Assembly (NCBI GenBank): GCA_964016885.1
Contig: OZ024740.1
Coordinates: 253,890,001-253,954,000, forward strand
DNA from: Eledone cirrhosa
Taxonomy: Eukaryota
Reading direction: 5' to 3'
Length of the DNA stretch: 64,000 nucleotides
A program made the translations under genes and the position numbers. Positions 37,072-50,020 of the stretch are shown in pieces; position 1 is the stretch's first letter; each line of letters opens with the position of its first letter. The notes under the pieces were generated by a model. The model did not search any database, was not told where the DNA came from, and worked only from the letters and a program-made list of their open reading frames with translations.

Positions 37072-37930
37072 ATAGAAAAAGAAGCTGTGCAAATAGAAAA
37101 ATAATTTGGTTCTCCCCCCCCCCCCCCCCTCTCCAACTTCTCACTCAACGTTAAAACTAATATAGATAAAAGATTTTTAGCTCTCCTAGATAGGCACTTC
37201 CACATAGATCATAAATACCGCACCATCTTTAACAGACACAAGGTGAAACTCGGCTATTCCTGTGCTAAGAATATGAAGGCCCACATCACCATCAACCCTA
37301 AGAGCACAACCCCACCAGGATGCTCTTGCTAAAGGCCTGAAGCTTGTCTTCTTTAACACCAGTGCAACACACTCGCTGTAATTTATGAAGCTGTAGTCAC
37401 TTCTAAACAACAAGAGGTCAAATGCTATGTAGGTATGGCAGAGGGGCGGTTTAAAGAACGCTTCCTGAATCATCTGTCGACATTCAGACAACCGGACAAA
37501 CGATCATCCACGAAGCTCACAAGCCACATATGATCCCCCAAGGACATAGGCGTGAATTATTCCATGCAATGGAAAGTTATAACCAAGTCTAAGCCATATG
37601 GAAATGGAAATCCGTCTTGTGGACTGTGCATTGAAGAAAGAATCAATATCCTGAGGAGTTGGTATAATAGCGCTTGTCTAAATTTAAGACTTGAGTTCTA
37701 CTCATGTTGTCCTCATGTTTCGAAACAGCTATTACATAATTTTAAAGCCCCAGAGTGACTACCAGACATAACATCTAGACCAAACATCATGAATAATTTA
37801 TTGTAATCTGAGCTTTCACAGTCGCTTCCCTAGCATTGATCTAACGTGAGTTGCCTCCTCTTTGAGAAGAACTTCTTCTGTACATGCGTGTTCGTATAAT
37901 TGTTTCCCTTTCCGTATAATCTCATTTAAA

Positions 37931-37972
37931 CTGAGCTGATGATCCGACTTAGGTGAAACAAATTGTTCTTGG
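37931..37972 (+). ncRNA. Type I hammerhead ribozyme in PLE 3' pLTR
   Basis: CUGAG-CUGAUGA-UCC(gacuua)GGU-GAAA-CAA(a)UUG-UU-CUUGG: intact core, stem I CUGAG/CUUGG. Confidence 0.75.
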
Positions 37973-38554
37973 AAATGGTGAATTAACTGTTGTGGAACTA
38001 CTTCTATATATACTTATATATATTTGTGTGTGTATGTATATATGAAGTGAAATGAAGTTAAAGGTTGTTGTTGAAGAAAGATGATAAACAAATCAAATAC
38101 AATAATTTTGGTTAGAGATATAGCTTTACTTCATTTCTTAGAGGAAAAGAAATATGTGTTTATCATGTTACATTCGATTACAAAGTGACAAGTTGTTTCA
38201 TGATGTACATACCAGCATAGGTACCAGTAAGCTCGCAATGCAAAGGAGCTGTATGATTCTCTGTGTGTAGTTGAAATACTGATGGTAGAACTTTTGTTGG
38301 GCCCTTGTCGACAGGGCTGTATCATTTTGCTAAGCGCTATATCTTGCCACTTGCTAGAGCAGGTTGAAATGATGCTTCTTCTTCAAAGAACCAGAGTCAA
38401 ATGAGAGAAAGACGAACATATCTTGCTTTCGCCTCCAGCTGACCAGCCAATCCAAACCACTGACTCAAACCCAGATAAAATAGAAAAGGCAGCTAGATGT
38501 CATTCAGGGGTCAGTGTGTGATGAAATTTTGCTACATATATATAAAAATATGTA

Positions 38555-39150
38555 TATCATCATCATCACCATCATTTAACGTCCATCTTCCACACCAGCA
38601 TGGGTAGACGGGCTACACCTTTGTGAGAGATCATGTCAGGGGACCATGAATTTGCTTACACAGAACTGATTTTGGCTTGGTTTCTAAGCCTGGATGCCCT
38701 TCCTAACGCCAACCACATTTACAGCATGGACTGGGTGCTTTTTGCGATGTCGCCTACACAACCACTTTACAGTGTGAACTTGGGCGCACGTTTTTGTCAT
38801 GGCTCTAGGGGCAACTACTTTATAGAGGAGGTTGGAAACTTGGGAGGGGTGGGGAAGGTGCTTTTGGAAATTGGGGACGTACATATAAGGGAGGTTTATC
38901 AGGTCTCGCTGCTGTACAACATACTTGTTCTTATACATGCATCGTAAAGTCTAACTTTCATTTTGAGAGAAAAACCTTTTTTTAGTTAGCAGCGGTAGTA
39001 GATCCCTGAACTTTCTCCAACCCGATCTCACTCTGGCTACTGTACTTTCGGAAACTCCCTCACCCAGGTAACAGAAGCTATCTACCACTCCTAAAGAGCC
39101 CTCTTGTCATTTAAAGGTGATTGTATCCTGAGAGTTCTTGCTACTTATTG
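38555..39150 (-). mobile_element. RTE-like LINE 3' fragment, internally deleted
   Basis: (CAT)n plus reverse-complemented tail; RLYDA and ESTVARVR remnants. Confidence 0.75.
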
Positions 39151-39674
39151 CTCCTGTATATATACATATATGTATATATGTATATATATATATGTGTGTG
39201 TGTATATATATATGTATATATATATATATAGACACAAGACTCTTTCATTGGAATTTAGACAACATCAACTAGGTAGATATGTATACATGCTTGCGTGCAT
39301 GTGTGTGCAGGTGTGGATGTTATTGTATGTGTTGATGTGGATGTTTTGAGTTATATGTGTGCATGTGCATGTTATGTACATGTGTACATGCAGTTTGTTC
39401 TTTCTGGTTCTGTGAAGCCCTCGCGATTCGTACTGAGGCAGTTACTAACATATCCCAGTACCCCAATAATCACAGGTACAAATTTGAAGGTATAGTCAGG
39501 AGATTCCTCATTAGTTTTGCATATATATTCCCCTCTTTGCTAATCTTTAATATTATATACCAAGTACCAGTAATGCACTGGGTAATTGCTGGCCTTGTGC
39601 CAAAAGTAGAAACAGTTATATATATAGGTATGTATATATATATGTATGTGTATAGATGTATATGTATGTATATA

Positions 39675-40550
39675 CAGGGTGCGGACGATATTTGTTCGCA
39701 ATTTTCAACTGCTAATTTTATGCAAATTTTCTTTACTTCCATTGTCACTCTTGTCTTCATAAAAACAGTGACTATATTTCCATTATTTATTTTCAGAATA
39801 ATTGATTATGAATAATTTTAAACCTCCAAATTTGGGGAAGAGACACGGAGTTCTTCTTGGAATCTGCGCCGGGAGGACAAATAAGACCAGAAGATCAACT
39901 CCCAGAACAACAGGTGGCTCGCTGTCTCATCCAAAGACGTGCCCAGAATCATGCAGACAAAGTTTCCAGTGACAACATTGGTCTTAGGTGTCGTCAGCAG
40001 TCAAGGTGATGTCATGCAACCTCAATTCTTCCCTGATGGCCTCAAGCTGAACACCGATGGCTACATCCGCGCTCTGAGCGAGGTAGTAAAGCCCTGGATC
40101 AACCAGGTAGCTGCAGGTGTGACAGCAAGACTCAGCACCCTGCCATACCAGCCGAAAGACCCAAGCCTGGCTGTCAGAGAACTTTGTCGACCACACTTCA
40201 CCTGACATCTTGCCTCCCAGCTCGCCTGACTGCAACCCCCTTGACTTCTTTGTGTGGGGCGCAGTGGAACGAGACACCAACAGATCTAGCTGCAATACCA
40301 AAGACGATCTGAAGGCCAGGATCACAAGTGCCTTTAGGGGCCTAAGTCGGGGGACAGTGATGAAGGCCTGCATCCGGTTCCAAGGCCGCCTTGAGGCCGT
40401 CATCAAAGCCAATGGCGGGTTTATCGAGTGAGATCGAATGAAGACAAACTGACCCAAGTTTGATAAATAAATCTTAAAAAATAAAACTACTGTGTTATTT
40501 TTTCCTAGACAGTAATAGTAATATTGCGAACAAATATCGTCCGCACCCTG
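39675..40550 (+). mobile_element. Tc1/mariner-superfamily DD37D (maT) transposon, internally deleted
   Basis: Perfect 28-bp TIRs CAGGGTGCGGACGATATTTGTTCGCAAT (39675-39702 / 40523-40550), TA target duplication, QQDSAPCH...PPSSPDCNPLDFFVW with 37 residues between the 2nd and 3rd Asp. Confidence 0.95.
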
Positions 40551-41357
40551 TATATGTATGTGTATAGATGTATATGTATGTATATATATGTATGTGTATA
40601 GATGTATATATTTATATATATATTAGCCAAACAAAAGCCCCCACTTTCTTCATACCAGCTCATGTTTTGGTTGTACTACAAAATTCACATTAAGCTGTTT
40701 TTATAATTTAATATTTCACATAATTTTTGTTAAATATACTTTTAAGCTCATATTTTAAATTGTGTCTTGAAATCTCTTAAAGTTAATTCTGTAAGCACTT
40801 TGCCATCACCAACCTCTTTCTTCATGACTCTGTAGCTAAAAAAATCTTCCCCCAACTCATATTTTGGATGTACACATTTGGATGTACATATTTTGGATAA
40901 TTCACAGTTAAGCTGAATTATCTGTATCAAATTTTTATAATTTAGTATTTCATTTAACCCCTTTTCTTAAATATACTTTTAAGCTTATATTTTAAATCAT
41001 GTCTTGACATCTCTTAAACATTTTTCCTACCCTCATCACCACCCTAGCATAGTCCAATGAAAACACAAGAGAGCGACATCCTGGCAACCTAACTAAATAA
41101 CCTATTTACGCAACACACTTATGTGTACTATCACTCCATAATCTACACACCTGTCCACCCCTTATGAATAATATTTGTACCACCAACATAACACTGAGAA
41201 CTGCACCACTAATACCCCTCCCCCCACAGTAGCACCAAATATCACTGGTTGGTAATATTCATAATAAACAAGGTCATGATGCAAACACCAAGCTCTGATC
41301 GACCACGTCTGCCCTCTCCTGATGCCAACCAGCTTTCACACTGCAAATGTGGTTGCA

Positions 41358-41990
41358 GCTCCCAAACCATGGTTCCACTGTGAGAAGGGTCTGGCACGTC
41401 CATCTGGCCTGTCCCTCCTTATAGTGGTGCCATCCAGTTCCAGGCTCCCAAACCATGGTTCCACTGTGAGAAGGGTCTGGCACGTCCACCTGGCCTGTCC
41501 CTCCTTATAGTGGTGCCATCCAGTTCCAGGCTCCCAAACTATGGTTCCACTGTGAGAAGGGTTCGGCACGTCCACCTGGCCTGTCCCTCCTTATAGTGGT
41601 GCCATCCAGTTCCAGGCTCCCAAACTATGGTTCCACTGTGAGAAGGGTTCGGCATGGCCACCTGGCCTGTCCCTCCTAATAGTGGTGCCATCCAGTTCCA
41701 GGCTCCCAAACTATGGTTCCACTGTGAGAAGGGTTCGGCATGGCCACCTGGCCTGTCCCTCCTAATAGTGGTGCCATTCAGTTCCACTCTGCAAATGTGG
41801 TTATGGCACCCAAACTGCAGTTCTGCTGTGAGAAGGGTTCAGCACAGCCAACTGGCCTGTCCCCCACTTATAGTTTGCCATCCAGTTCCACACAGTGATT
41901 GTGGGTGTGGGTCCCAAACTATGTTTCTGCTGTGAGTAGGGTTTGGTGCAGCCAACTGGGCTGTTCCTCCTCATAATGTACCATCCTGCC
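41358..41990. repeat. 86-bp minisatellite (5 units + 2 diverged units) upstream of a LINE-type tail
   Basis: GCTCCCAAAC.ATGGTTCCACTGTGAGAAGGG... begins at 41358, 41444, 41530, 41616 and 41702. Confidence 0.92.
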
Positions 41991-42227
41991 CCACTGTAAA
42001 TGTGGTTGGTGTTAGGAAGGGCATCCAGCTGCAAACTACTCCGGCCAAATTTACAGTCCCGGCAGAGCAAGGTATGGCATGGCTAATTCTAGCCACGCTT
42101 GTCTCTCAATGTGGAAGACCTGTCTGACCCATGGAAGCATGGAAAATAGAAGTTAAATGATGATGATGATGATATATATACAGATATATATATATTTATA
42201 ATGTGTTTCTTCATTTTCTTATTTCAG

Positions 42228-42341
42228 GAGAAGGATCTGATGTAATTATAAAAAGGTCATTTGCTGATCTTCATAAAAATGTGGCTTTATACGCTTCTGC
42301 GATGAAACAGATGGGTATTGCTAAGGGTGACCGAATTGTGG
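42228..42341 (+). CDS. AACS: Acetoacetyl-CoA synthetase internal exon (114 bp)
   Basis: TTTCAG acceptor, GTAGGT donor; EGSDVIIKRSFADLHKNVALYASAMKQMGIAKGDRIVG resembles vertebrate AACS [38 protein letters not shown] (recalled from memory). Confidence 0.92.
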
Positions 42342-42842
42342 GTAGGTACTTACATATTTTTATATTATTCCGCCAGTTTTACAAACAACAATATTCACAA
42401 CTAGTAAACCAATGTCACCAATAATGATGGCAATAATGTTGAACATGTCTAATTTATAGAATCTTATATTGGTATACCATATATACTACTACTTTATACA
42501 TACTATAAAGAGAGATGTTTATTGGCTGGTTCCTTCGAAAAGTGACAGTTGAAAAGTAAGTACAACAATGGAATAAGAGTATACTCAGGAAGGTTTATTG
42601 ATACTAATTTTATAACATCAAAGAAGAAGAAAAACATCCCAGGTATGCTAACCAACCTGACTGCTATTTCTAGCATGTAGGGAACCAACCATAAAGGATT
42701 CTCTCTACGCATTCGTTGTTGGTGATGGTCGTGTTTTGAGGCCAGCATCTCTGTGGATTCGAACACTGGTTTATACATCCACACACTCACATTTATTTAT
42801 AATTTATTTATAATTATCTATATTTATATCTATATATAATTA

Positions 42843-43408
42843 TCTATATAATATAAAAGATTGGAACTTCCATCATCCCTTTGAGAAACGTGGACCAACC
42901 ACGTCTATGCAATAACACATGTTTTACAGTCAGGCAGAAGATGAACCATCTCCTAGAGGTCTCTATTCTTGGAGGCAATCAGCAAGGAGAAAATGCATTT
43001 ATTCCCAAGATTCTTCTCATCCCTTCCTCTAACGAGCTGCCATTTAAATTCTCAAGACTTCAGTTACCTGTTACAGCCAGTTTGGCTATAGCCATACATA
43101 AAGCTTAGGCTCAGAGCTTAAAATTTGGAGAATTGAATATAAGAGAATCGCTTTTTACCCATAGAGAGTTAAATGCAGGTTGTTCACGAGTGGAAACACC
43201 TAGAAATCTTCATATACTATGCACGAACGGTAAAACAAAGAATCTGGTGCATCTGGAAGTTTTTAAAACTTTTTGTCACACATACACACCACGGTCTCGC
43301 CTCATACTGTAAATCAGATAACGCATTCAATAGTCATTTTCTCTTTTACCTGTCTTCTCTTATTATCTTTTTACCCAGGTGAAGCTGGGTACATCAGTTA
43401 GTACTAGA
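42843..43408 (+). mobile_element. Short non-autonomous Helitron carrying a helicase C-terminal fragment
   Basis: 5' TCTATATAATA; LRNVDQPRLCN, FIPKILLIPS..LPFKFSRLQLPV...AIHKA; 3' hairpin ACCCAG-gtgaag-CTGGGT shortly before TTAG/CTAG. Confidence 0.8.
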
Positions 43409-44063
43409 TATATGAACAATTGCTTGTATAAGAGAAGCCCTAGAGTTTATGTTGATTACTGACATGTAGTATGTCATATATACCAGTATTACTGGATATA
43501 TGAACAATCATGCAGACTGAGAAATTGTGTTTTGATAAATTAATTGTTTGCATAAGAGAAACCCTATAATTTATGTTGATTACTGACACATGAAATTGAT
43601 TAAAGATAACTATATTTTAATCATTTATTTCTAGGATATAATTACATAAATGTTCAACATATGACATGCAGGATTAAATTTATGAGAAACTTTGGAGAAA
43701 TAAATATTTACAGGGACAAATATTTACAGAACTTTGCGATTAGAAAGTGAACTTCATATTGAAGCTGTTGAGATAGGAATTGCATTGTGTGTATGTATCT
43801 TTGTGTATGTGTGTATATATGTGTATGTGTGTGTATACATGTATGCATGCTGTGTGTAAATTTAAAATATTTACAGAAGTATATAAATGTAGTGTGTAGT
43901 GTTATGTAGTATAGTGCAGTGTGGTGTGATGTAGTATAGTGTAGTGAAGTATAGTGTAGGGACTGATTTTAAGATGCAGTCCACTTCTGTAACAGTTTGA
44001 TTTTAATATAGAATATTTAATAAAATCTCATAGATATATAGTCATGCTATTTGTTCTGAGTAG

Positions 44064-44161
44064 GTTATTTACCAAACTGTTGTGAAGCTGTAGAAGCAAT
44101 GTTAGCTGCTGCCAGTATTGGTGCCATTTGGAGTTCTACATCACCAGATTTTGGAACTGAG
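44064..44161 (+). CDS. AACS: Acetoacetyl-CoA synthetase internal exon (98 bp)
   Basis: AG/GT boundaries, phase 1 join; [32 protein letters not shown], the diagnostic AACS signature. Confidence 0.96.
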
Positions 44162-44379
44162 GTGAGATAACATTTAGCTATTTGTTTAACCTATTTTATT
44201 TGTTTCGCTGGTTTCAGTCATTAGACTGTGGCCATTCTGGGGCAGCATTTTCATCAGTCTTCTCTCATCCCAGCAGTCATACTGGAAGTCTTGCAGGATA
44301 AAGGGAGGGGTGGTTGAGTAGGTGTTTGTGTCTGCTCATGATTGCTTGGGTGGCCAACTAAAGCCCTTATTAAAAAATA

Positions 44380-44990
44380 ATAATGGTTTCTAATTTAGGC
44401 ACATGGCCAGCAATTTGTAGATTTGTTGGGGGAATCAATTACATCAACCCCAGTACTTGAATCATACTTTATCTTATTAACTCCAGAAGGATGAAAGGCA
44501 AAGTTAACCTCAGCAGGTTTCAAACTCACACTATAAAGTGCCAGGACAAATACTACCATGGTAGTTTGTCCAATATTCTAACAATTTTGCCAGTCCACTA
44601 CATCATCATTTTTATATCCATTTTTTCATGCTTGCATGGGTTGGATGGGTCAGCTCTCACAACCTCTGCCCAAGTCTTTCTTGGTCTACCTCGACTAACT
44701 TTCTTTCACTGGCACTTCTTAACCCATTGATCATCATCAATGCACATCATATGTCCAAACCAATGCAGTCTTCTCTCTTGCACACCACCTTGGATTCCTT
44801 TAAAACCTAGCTTCTCCCTCAACTCGTCCAAGCTTTGCCTTTCTCTCACATTTACATTGCGCATCCAACGAAGCATGGTTGCTTGATTTCTTTCCAGTCT
44901 ATTTGTGTCCTCTGCAGTCACAGCCCTTGAACTTCACACACAGGCATCATACAGTCGTCCTTTTGTACGTAGGGAGAAACCTTGTTGACA
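44380..44990 (-). mobile_element. SINE (44380-44600) and RTE-like LINE 3' fragment (44600-44990)
   Basis: GGATGAAAGGCAAAGTTAACCTC SINE body; RLERNQATMLRWM...RRLHWFGHM. Confidence 0.75.
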
Positions 44991-45097
44991 AATAATAATA
45001 ATGTTAATTTCTTTTATTTTTTAAATTTAATATATGTATATATTTTTTTATTTCCTCAACTTCAGAACCTTTCTTCTTCTTTTCTCTGTTTTATAAG

Positions 45098-45212
45098 GGA
45101 GTTCTTGAGAGGTTCTCACAGATCCAACCTAAACTTATGTTTACAGTAGATGCTGTCTTTTACAATAACAAAGTTCATGACCATCTGAATAAAGTAAAGA
45201 AAGTAATTCAAG
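45098..45212 (+). CDS. AACS: Acetoacetyl-CoA synthetase internal exon (115 bp)
   Basis: Pyrimidine tract + AG acceptor, GTAGGC donor, phase 0 join; [38 protein letters not shown]. Confidence 0.95.
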
Positions 45213-45244
45213 GTAGGCAGCATATTTACTGTTAATTTTTCTTC

Positions 45245-46560
45245 TTCTTTGATCTTGTGCTGTAACTGGAAATCCTTCCATCTCAGCTTTTAGTTCACTA
45301 CTTCATAGCCAGTTTTGTGTGTTTTGCTTGTCAACTTCCTCTCTATTCAGCTTTTCCATTCAAGGGCTTTTGTTTTAACATGGCATTCTGGAGGTCTGTT
45401 TTCTGTTTTAAGTTTTTTATAATTTCTGTTATTGTTTCTCGTTTGTTTTCATTTTCTTCACGGCTGTCTGTTAATCTGGCCTCATTGAAAACTGAGTACA
45501 ATATTTTGTTTTGTTTATGTTTTGTAGCTATTTCTATTAACTTTTCTTTGTTCTTCATTAGATAATTTTGTAGTTCTACAGTAGTGATTTTATAACAGTT
45601 TTTTAGTTGCATAAGGCCCCTATTTCCTTGTGTTTGTGGTAGGTATAATCTTTCTACATTGAATTTTGGATGGTATATTCTAAATTCCAGCTAGTTCTTT
45701 TAATCTCCATTTCAGAATATTAAAGCTGTAGCTTACTACTGAGATTGCTAGTGTTGATGCTAATTACCTTATTCTTTGCATTTAATTCAATTTTAAGTAG
45801 TAATCTAATTCTTCTGTAGTATTCTTTACTAGTCTTTTCTTTCATCTGTGTATGTTGAACCCTGTCTAATTCATTGATTCCTAAGTATTTGTCTGTGTTT
45901 GATCTAATTCTCTTATCTCAGTTTCTTTATCTAGCATGATATTAGTGCTTTTCATTAGTTTTCTTCTCTTCAAAGTTGCCTTGGTACATTTTTCTGGTCC
46001 AAATTTCATGTATATTTGTTTTGTCAATCCATGTACTGTATGTAGCAGTGTTTTGAGTTGCCTTTCGTTTTTAGCATACAGTTTCAGATCATCCATATAT
46101 AGGAGATGATTAATTTTCTTGTTGTAGCATTTATACCCCAGTCCAGTTTTGTTTATGGTGTTAGTGCTAAACAGAAGAGCAGTGATAATAGTATCCCCTT
46201 CAAATATCGCTCTGTTGATTGGGATAGACTCAGTTTTTATCGTTGGTGTTCATGGCTAGTGTGTATCCATATATGGGGAACATTATCAAATGCCTTTAGG
46301 TAGTTGATCCATGCCATGCTGAGATTTTTTTTTTTCTTTTTCTTCAGTTTTCGGTTATAGCTTTATTGATTAACAACTGGTCTTTACAACCATATGAATT
46401 TTTGCAGAATCCTTTCTGTTCTTCTGGAAGCAGGTTGTTTTTTTCCAGGTGTTTGGTTATTTTCTGCAATAGTATTGCAGTTAGGGTTTTATATATTGTA
46501 GGCAGGCATGTTATGGGTCTGTAGTTTTTGGCATCTACTGTGTCATTATTCTTGGGGGTT
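45245..46560 (-). mobile_element. R4/Dong-clade LINE RT fragment, decayed
   Basis: NYRPITCLPTIYK, EEQKG, GCKDQLLINKAI, MDDLKLYAK, FGPEKC. Confidence 0.85.
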
Positions 46561-47812
46561 TGGGTGGTTAAATTATTATTATTATTATAATCATCATCAT
46601 TATCATTGTCATCATTAAGAGGACTCTTTAGCGTAGGGTAAAAAACACTCCCTTTAGTCATGCCAAGGGCATGGCTACCTCTTTAGTACTGGTGCCATGA
46701 TAAAATGCAGTCATTACACTCTGTGAAACGGTTGGTAAATGAGTGGTGACAGTGTAGGGTTAAGACTTTTTAGTCCTGCCAAGGATACAACAACCTCTCT
46801 AGTGCTGGTGCTACAATAAAATACACATACCCACATATATCCATATACAAACATGCATGCACTATACCACACTCACACACTCACACATACTTACATGCAG
46901 ACACATGCCCAACCATATACAGACACACATCCATATATCATGTACAGACCATCATACACTCACCAATATACACACCTTTGAGACAGGTGAATAATCATTC
47001 ACACATACACACATAGACACTTATATATCACATACACAGTTCCACACCTGACATTGAGACAGATGTGTAATCATAGACACATGCACACATACACATCACG
47101 TACAGACTGCTGTGTAATAATTATCATTAAAAAATGTGAAATAAATATCAAAATCTAAAACTAAAAATATTAAATCAGAAACTGATAAAATATATTGAAT
47201 ATAATTCACTGATATAGACAACTGATGCAAATATAGATATATAAACCTTGCTAACATGTTAAACGATGATGATGATAACGATATCACCATCACTGCCTTA
47301 TGTCTATTTACTGTGACTCACTAAACAATTGTTGCAAATATAGAAATAAAGATGTTAAATGATTATGATGATGATGACGATGATCATGATGATGTTACCA
47401 TCATCATCATCATCATCATCATAACTGTTTTGTCTATCTTCCACACTTGCATGAATTAGATGGGTTATTATGTTCTTAGGCTGGTCAGATGACTGTGTCT
47501 TGCCCATCCATTCTATTTTGGCATGGTTTCTCTGGTTAGATGTCTAACACTGACCATTTCATGGTGTATACCCGTGGGGGTTGTCATGGTGCCACCCCTA
47601 CCATTTCACTTCATTTCTGTCCATTCTTCACATATCCTTTGCTTTGAACAGCTCTCACAAGTCCTCAAACTCTAATTATCTTTCTAGTTTGACAGTTGGG
47701 AGATAATATGTATGCCAATTGCTAAATACCTCATTACCAAGTGATAATAACTTCCTACACACTTTAATTAAATCTCTAATAAGTGCTTCTGTCTGATTTA
47801 GAATAGGTACAC

Positions 47813-49040
47813 AGTTCTAGTTTGTAGGAAAGAAAATAAGGCGGCGGTCCCTTCCGGGAAGTGGTCGTGCTCAGTGTGTAGGAAAGGCGTAGGTAGAAAC
47901 TCCATTTTGTGTCAGAAATGCAAAGTATGGGTGCATAAAAGATGTAGTGGGATCACAGGTAAGCTAACTAAGAACATAGATTTCACAAGTGGCCGGTGCT
48001 CTGGTGCAATAAGTAGCAGCAAGTGCCCACAAAATACTAGCTCTTTCAACTGCGCAGAGGGCTCTATAGAAATAGTGGACAGCTTCCGTTACCTGGGTGA
48101 CAAAATCAGCAGTGGGGGAGGGTGCTCTGAAAGTACAGTAGCTAGAGTCAGAACTGGATGGAAAAAGTTCAGAGAGCTTATACCACTATTAGCCGCTAAA
48201 GGGTTCTCCCTAAAAATGAAAGGCAGGTTGTATGATGCCTGCATACGAACAGCAATGTTGCATGGCAGTGAGACCTGGGCATTGTGTGCAGAGGATATAC
48301 GCAGACTAGAGAGGAACGAAGCTTGCATGCTCCGCTGGATGTGTAATAGTAATATACGTGAACGGCAAAGCATAAACGAACTAAGGAAAAAATTAGAAAT
48401 AAGAGGGATCAGATGTTGTTTACTCGAGAGAAGGCTACGTTGGTATGGACACGTGATGCGCATGAAAGTCGATAGCTGTATAACAAAGTGCAGGGCAATA
48501 AAGATAGACGGTAGCCACGGAATAGGCAGACCTAGAAAAACCTGGGACGAGCTGATAAACTCCGACCTCACACACTTACACCTCTCCAAGACAATGTCAC
48601 TGGACCGAGACCTTTGGCGGTACTCAGTAATAGAGAAGACCCGCCTTACCTAAATACATAGTAAAACCTACTACAGTCAGTAGGCATCTCTAACAAAATA
48701 CACCCCCGTCCCACCCACCCCACCCCATCCACACCGCCCCTTTCTATGTAAAGTTATGTTGGTGCCACACCATCCAGGCCGAAACAAATGAGATCGTGTA
48801 GGTGTCACGACAAAAAAACACACAGTCCACGCTGTAATGTGGCCGTGTAGGCAACACGGTAAAAACCTCCCAGACCCACACTGTAAATGTGGTTGGTGTT
48901 AGGAAGGGCATCCAACTGTAGACAACCTGCCAGACAGTCCTATGCGAGCAAGACAATCACTCTTGCCTCAAGTGGGAAAACCCCCGTCCAAACCCATGCA
49001 AGCGTGGAACACGGACGTTAAACGTTGATGATGATGATGA
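47813..49040 (+). mobile_element. RTE-like LINE subfamily A 3' third, best-preserved copy
   Basis: Open 259-aa ORF from the PHD to RLRWYGHV/GRPRKTW; tail ending AAACGTTGATGATGATG. Confidence 0.93.
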
Positions 49041-49831
49041 CACAATATTCCTGTATGTTACATGAAACAACTAAAAGGGTTGATGGCAAGAAGGGCATTG
49101 AATCATAAAACAATGCCCCATAGATAACCCATGATGATATGAAGTCTTCCATGAAACCCACAAAGCTAATCTCTGCTTTAGCATGGCAAATGGCCTTAAG
49201 TTTGTGTTTTAACACATTCATGATATATATGACAGTCTGATTATCATGTGAATACTCAGGTGAGACTCCTGAGTAAAAAAACCCACCACATAGCCATAAT
49301 AAAATATAATTAAACCCTACTTCGGTACCAAGTACTCATTCTCATGTCTGTCAGTATCACACACACATATATCTGAGTCTGTTTGCTCAATCTCTACTCG
49401 TGCTTCTTTCTGGGCCCATCGTATCTGTAGTGGCAGGGTGCAGTAGCTATAGCAACATGCCGGATTCATCTAGCTAAAAGACAAGCTTCCTTAACCCTAT
49501 AACCTTTTTCTGACCATATTTCTCATTAAATACACTGAATGTATCTTAATTAATTTAGGGAGTAACCAAGAATTTGGAGGATTTTACTAAAAGAAAGCAA
49601 AAAATGTTTTCATCAAGTTTATTTTTAGAACATAATAAAAAATATTTCCCATAAAATTATGATGGAGGTTTTAAATCAGATATGAACCCTTTAAAATGGA
49701 CATGGTTTTTCACAGAACCAGGAGGAGTTTCAGGTGGGTTTGGAATCAAAAGAGTTAAACACAATCCCCTCCTGCTTCCAAACCACCTCTATTAAAGTGT
49801 TCAAATTTTGTACTGAAATTTCATTATTATA

Positions 49832-50020
49832 AGGCGGTGGATTGGCAGTATCGGTAGAGGGTCGGATGCCATGCTTTGAAGCATAGAGTTACCTCCCTGT
49901 ATGATCTGAGTTCAAATCCCGCCGAGGTTAACTTTGCCTTTCATCCATACGGGGTCGATAAAATAAAGTACCAGTAATGTACTGGGTAATTGCTGGCCTT
50001 GTGCCAAAAGTAGAAACAAT
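49832..50020 (+). mobile_element. tRNA-derived SINE (same family as 6803-6986)
   Basis: GGCGGTGGATTGGCAGTATCGG...GAGTTCAAATCCCGCCGAGG...GGGGTCGATAAAATAAAGTACCAG...AGTAGAAAC; flanked by ATTATTAT on both sides. Confidence 0.9.

Larger units (their letters stand above)
36997..38006 (+). mobile_element. Short Naiad-like PLE (GIY-YIG portion only) bounded by ~75-bp inverted hammerhead-containing repeats
   Basis: IFNRHKVKLGYSC..NMK, VIYEA...YVGMAEGRFKERFLNH, WKVI...CGLCIEE...LNLRLE...CPH; 36997-37071 is the reverse complement of 37932-38006. Confidence 0.85.

Noticed and set aside
32620-38540. Weak inverted similarity (TGACCCCTG..TGACAT) at ~32660 and ~38505 as TIRs of one large transposon
   Set aside because: Match too short and diverged; no TSD or transposase evident
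41358-41790. CRISPR-like array
   Set aside because: Units are near-identical over their whole 86 bp with no unique spacers; no cas genes; eukaryotic DNA
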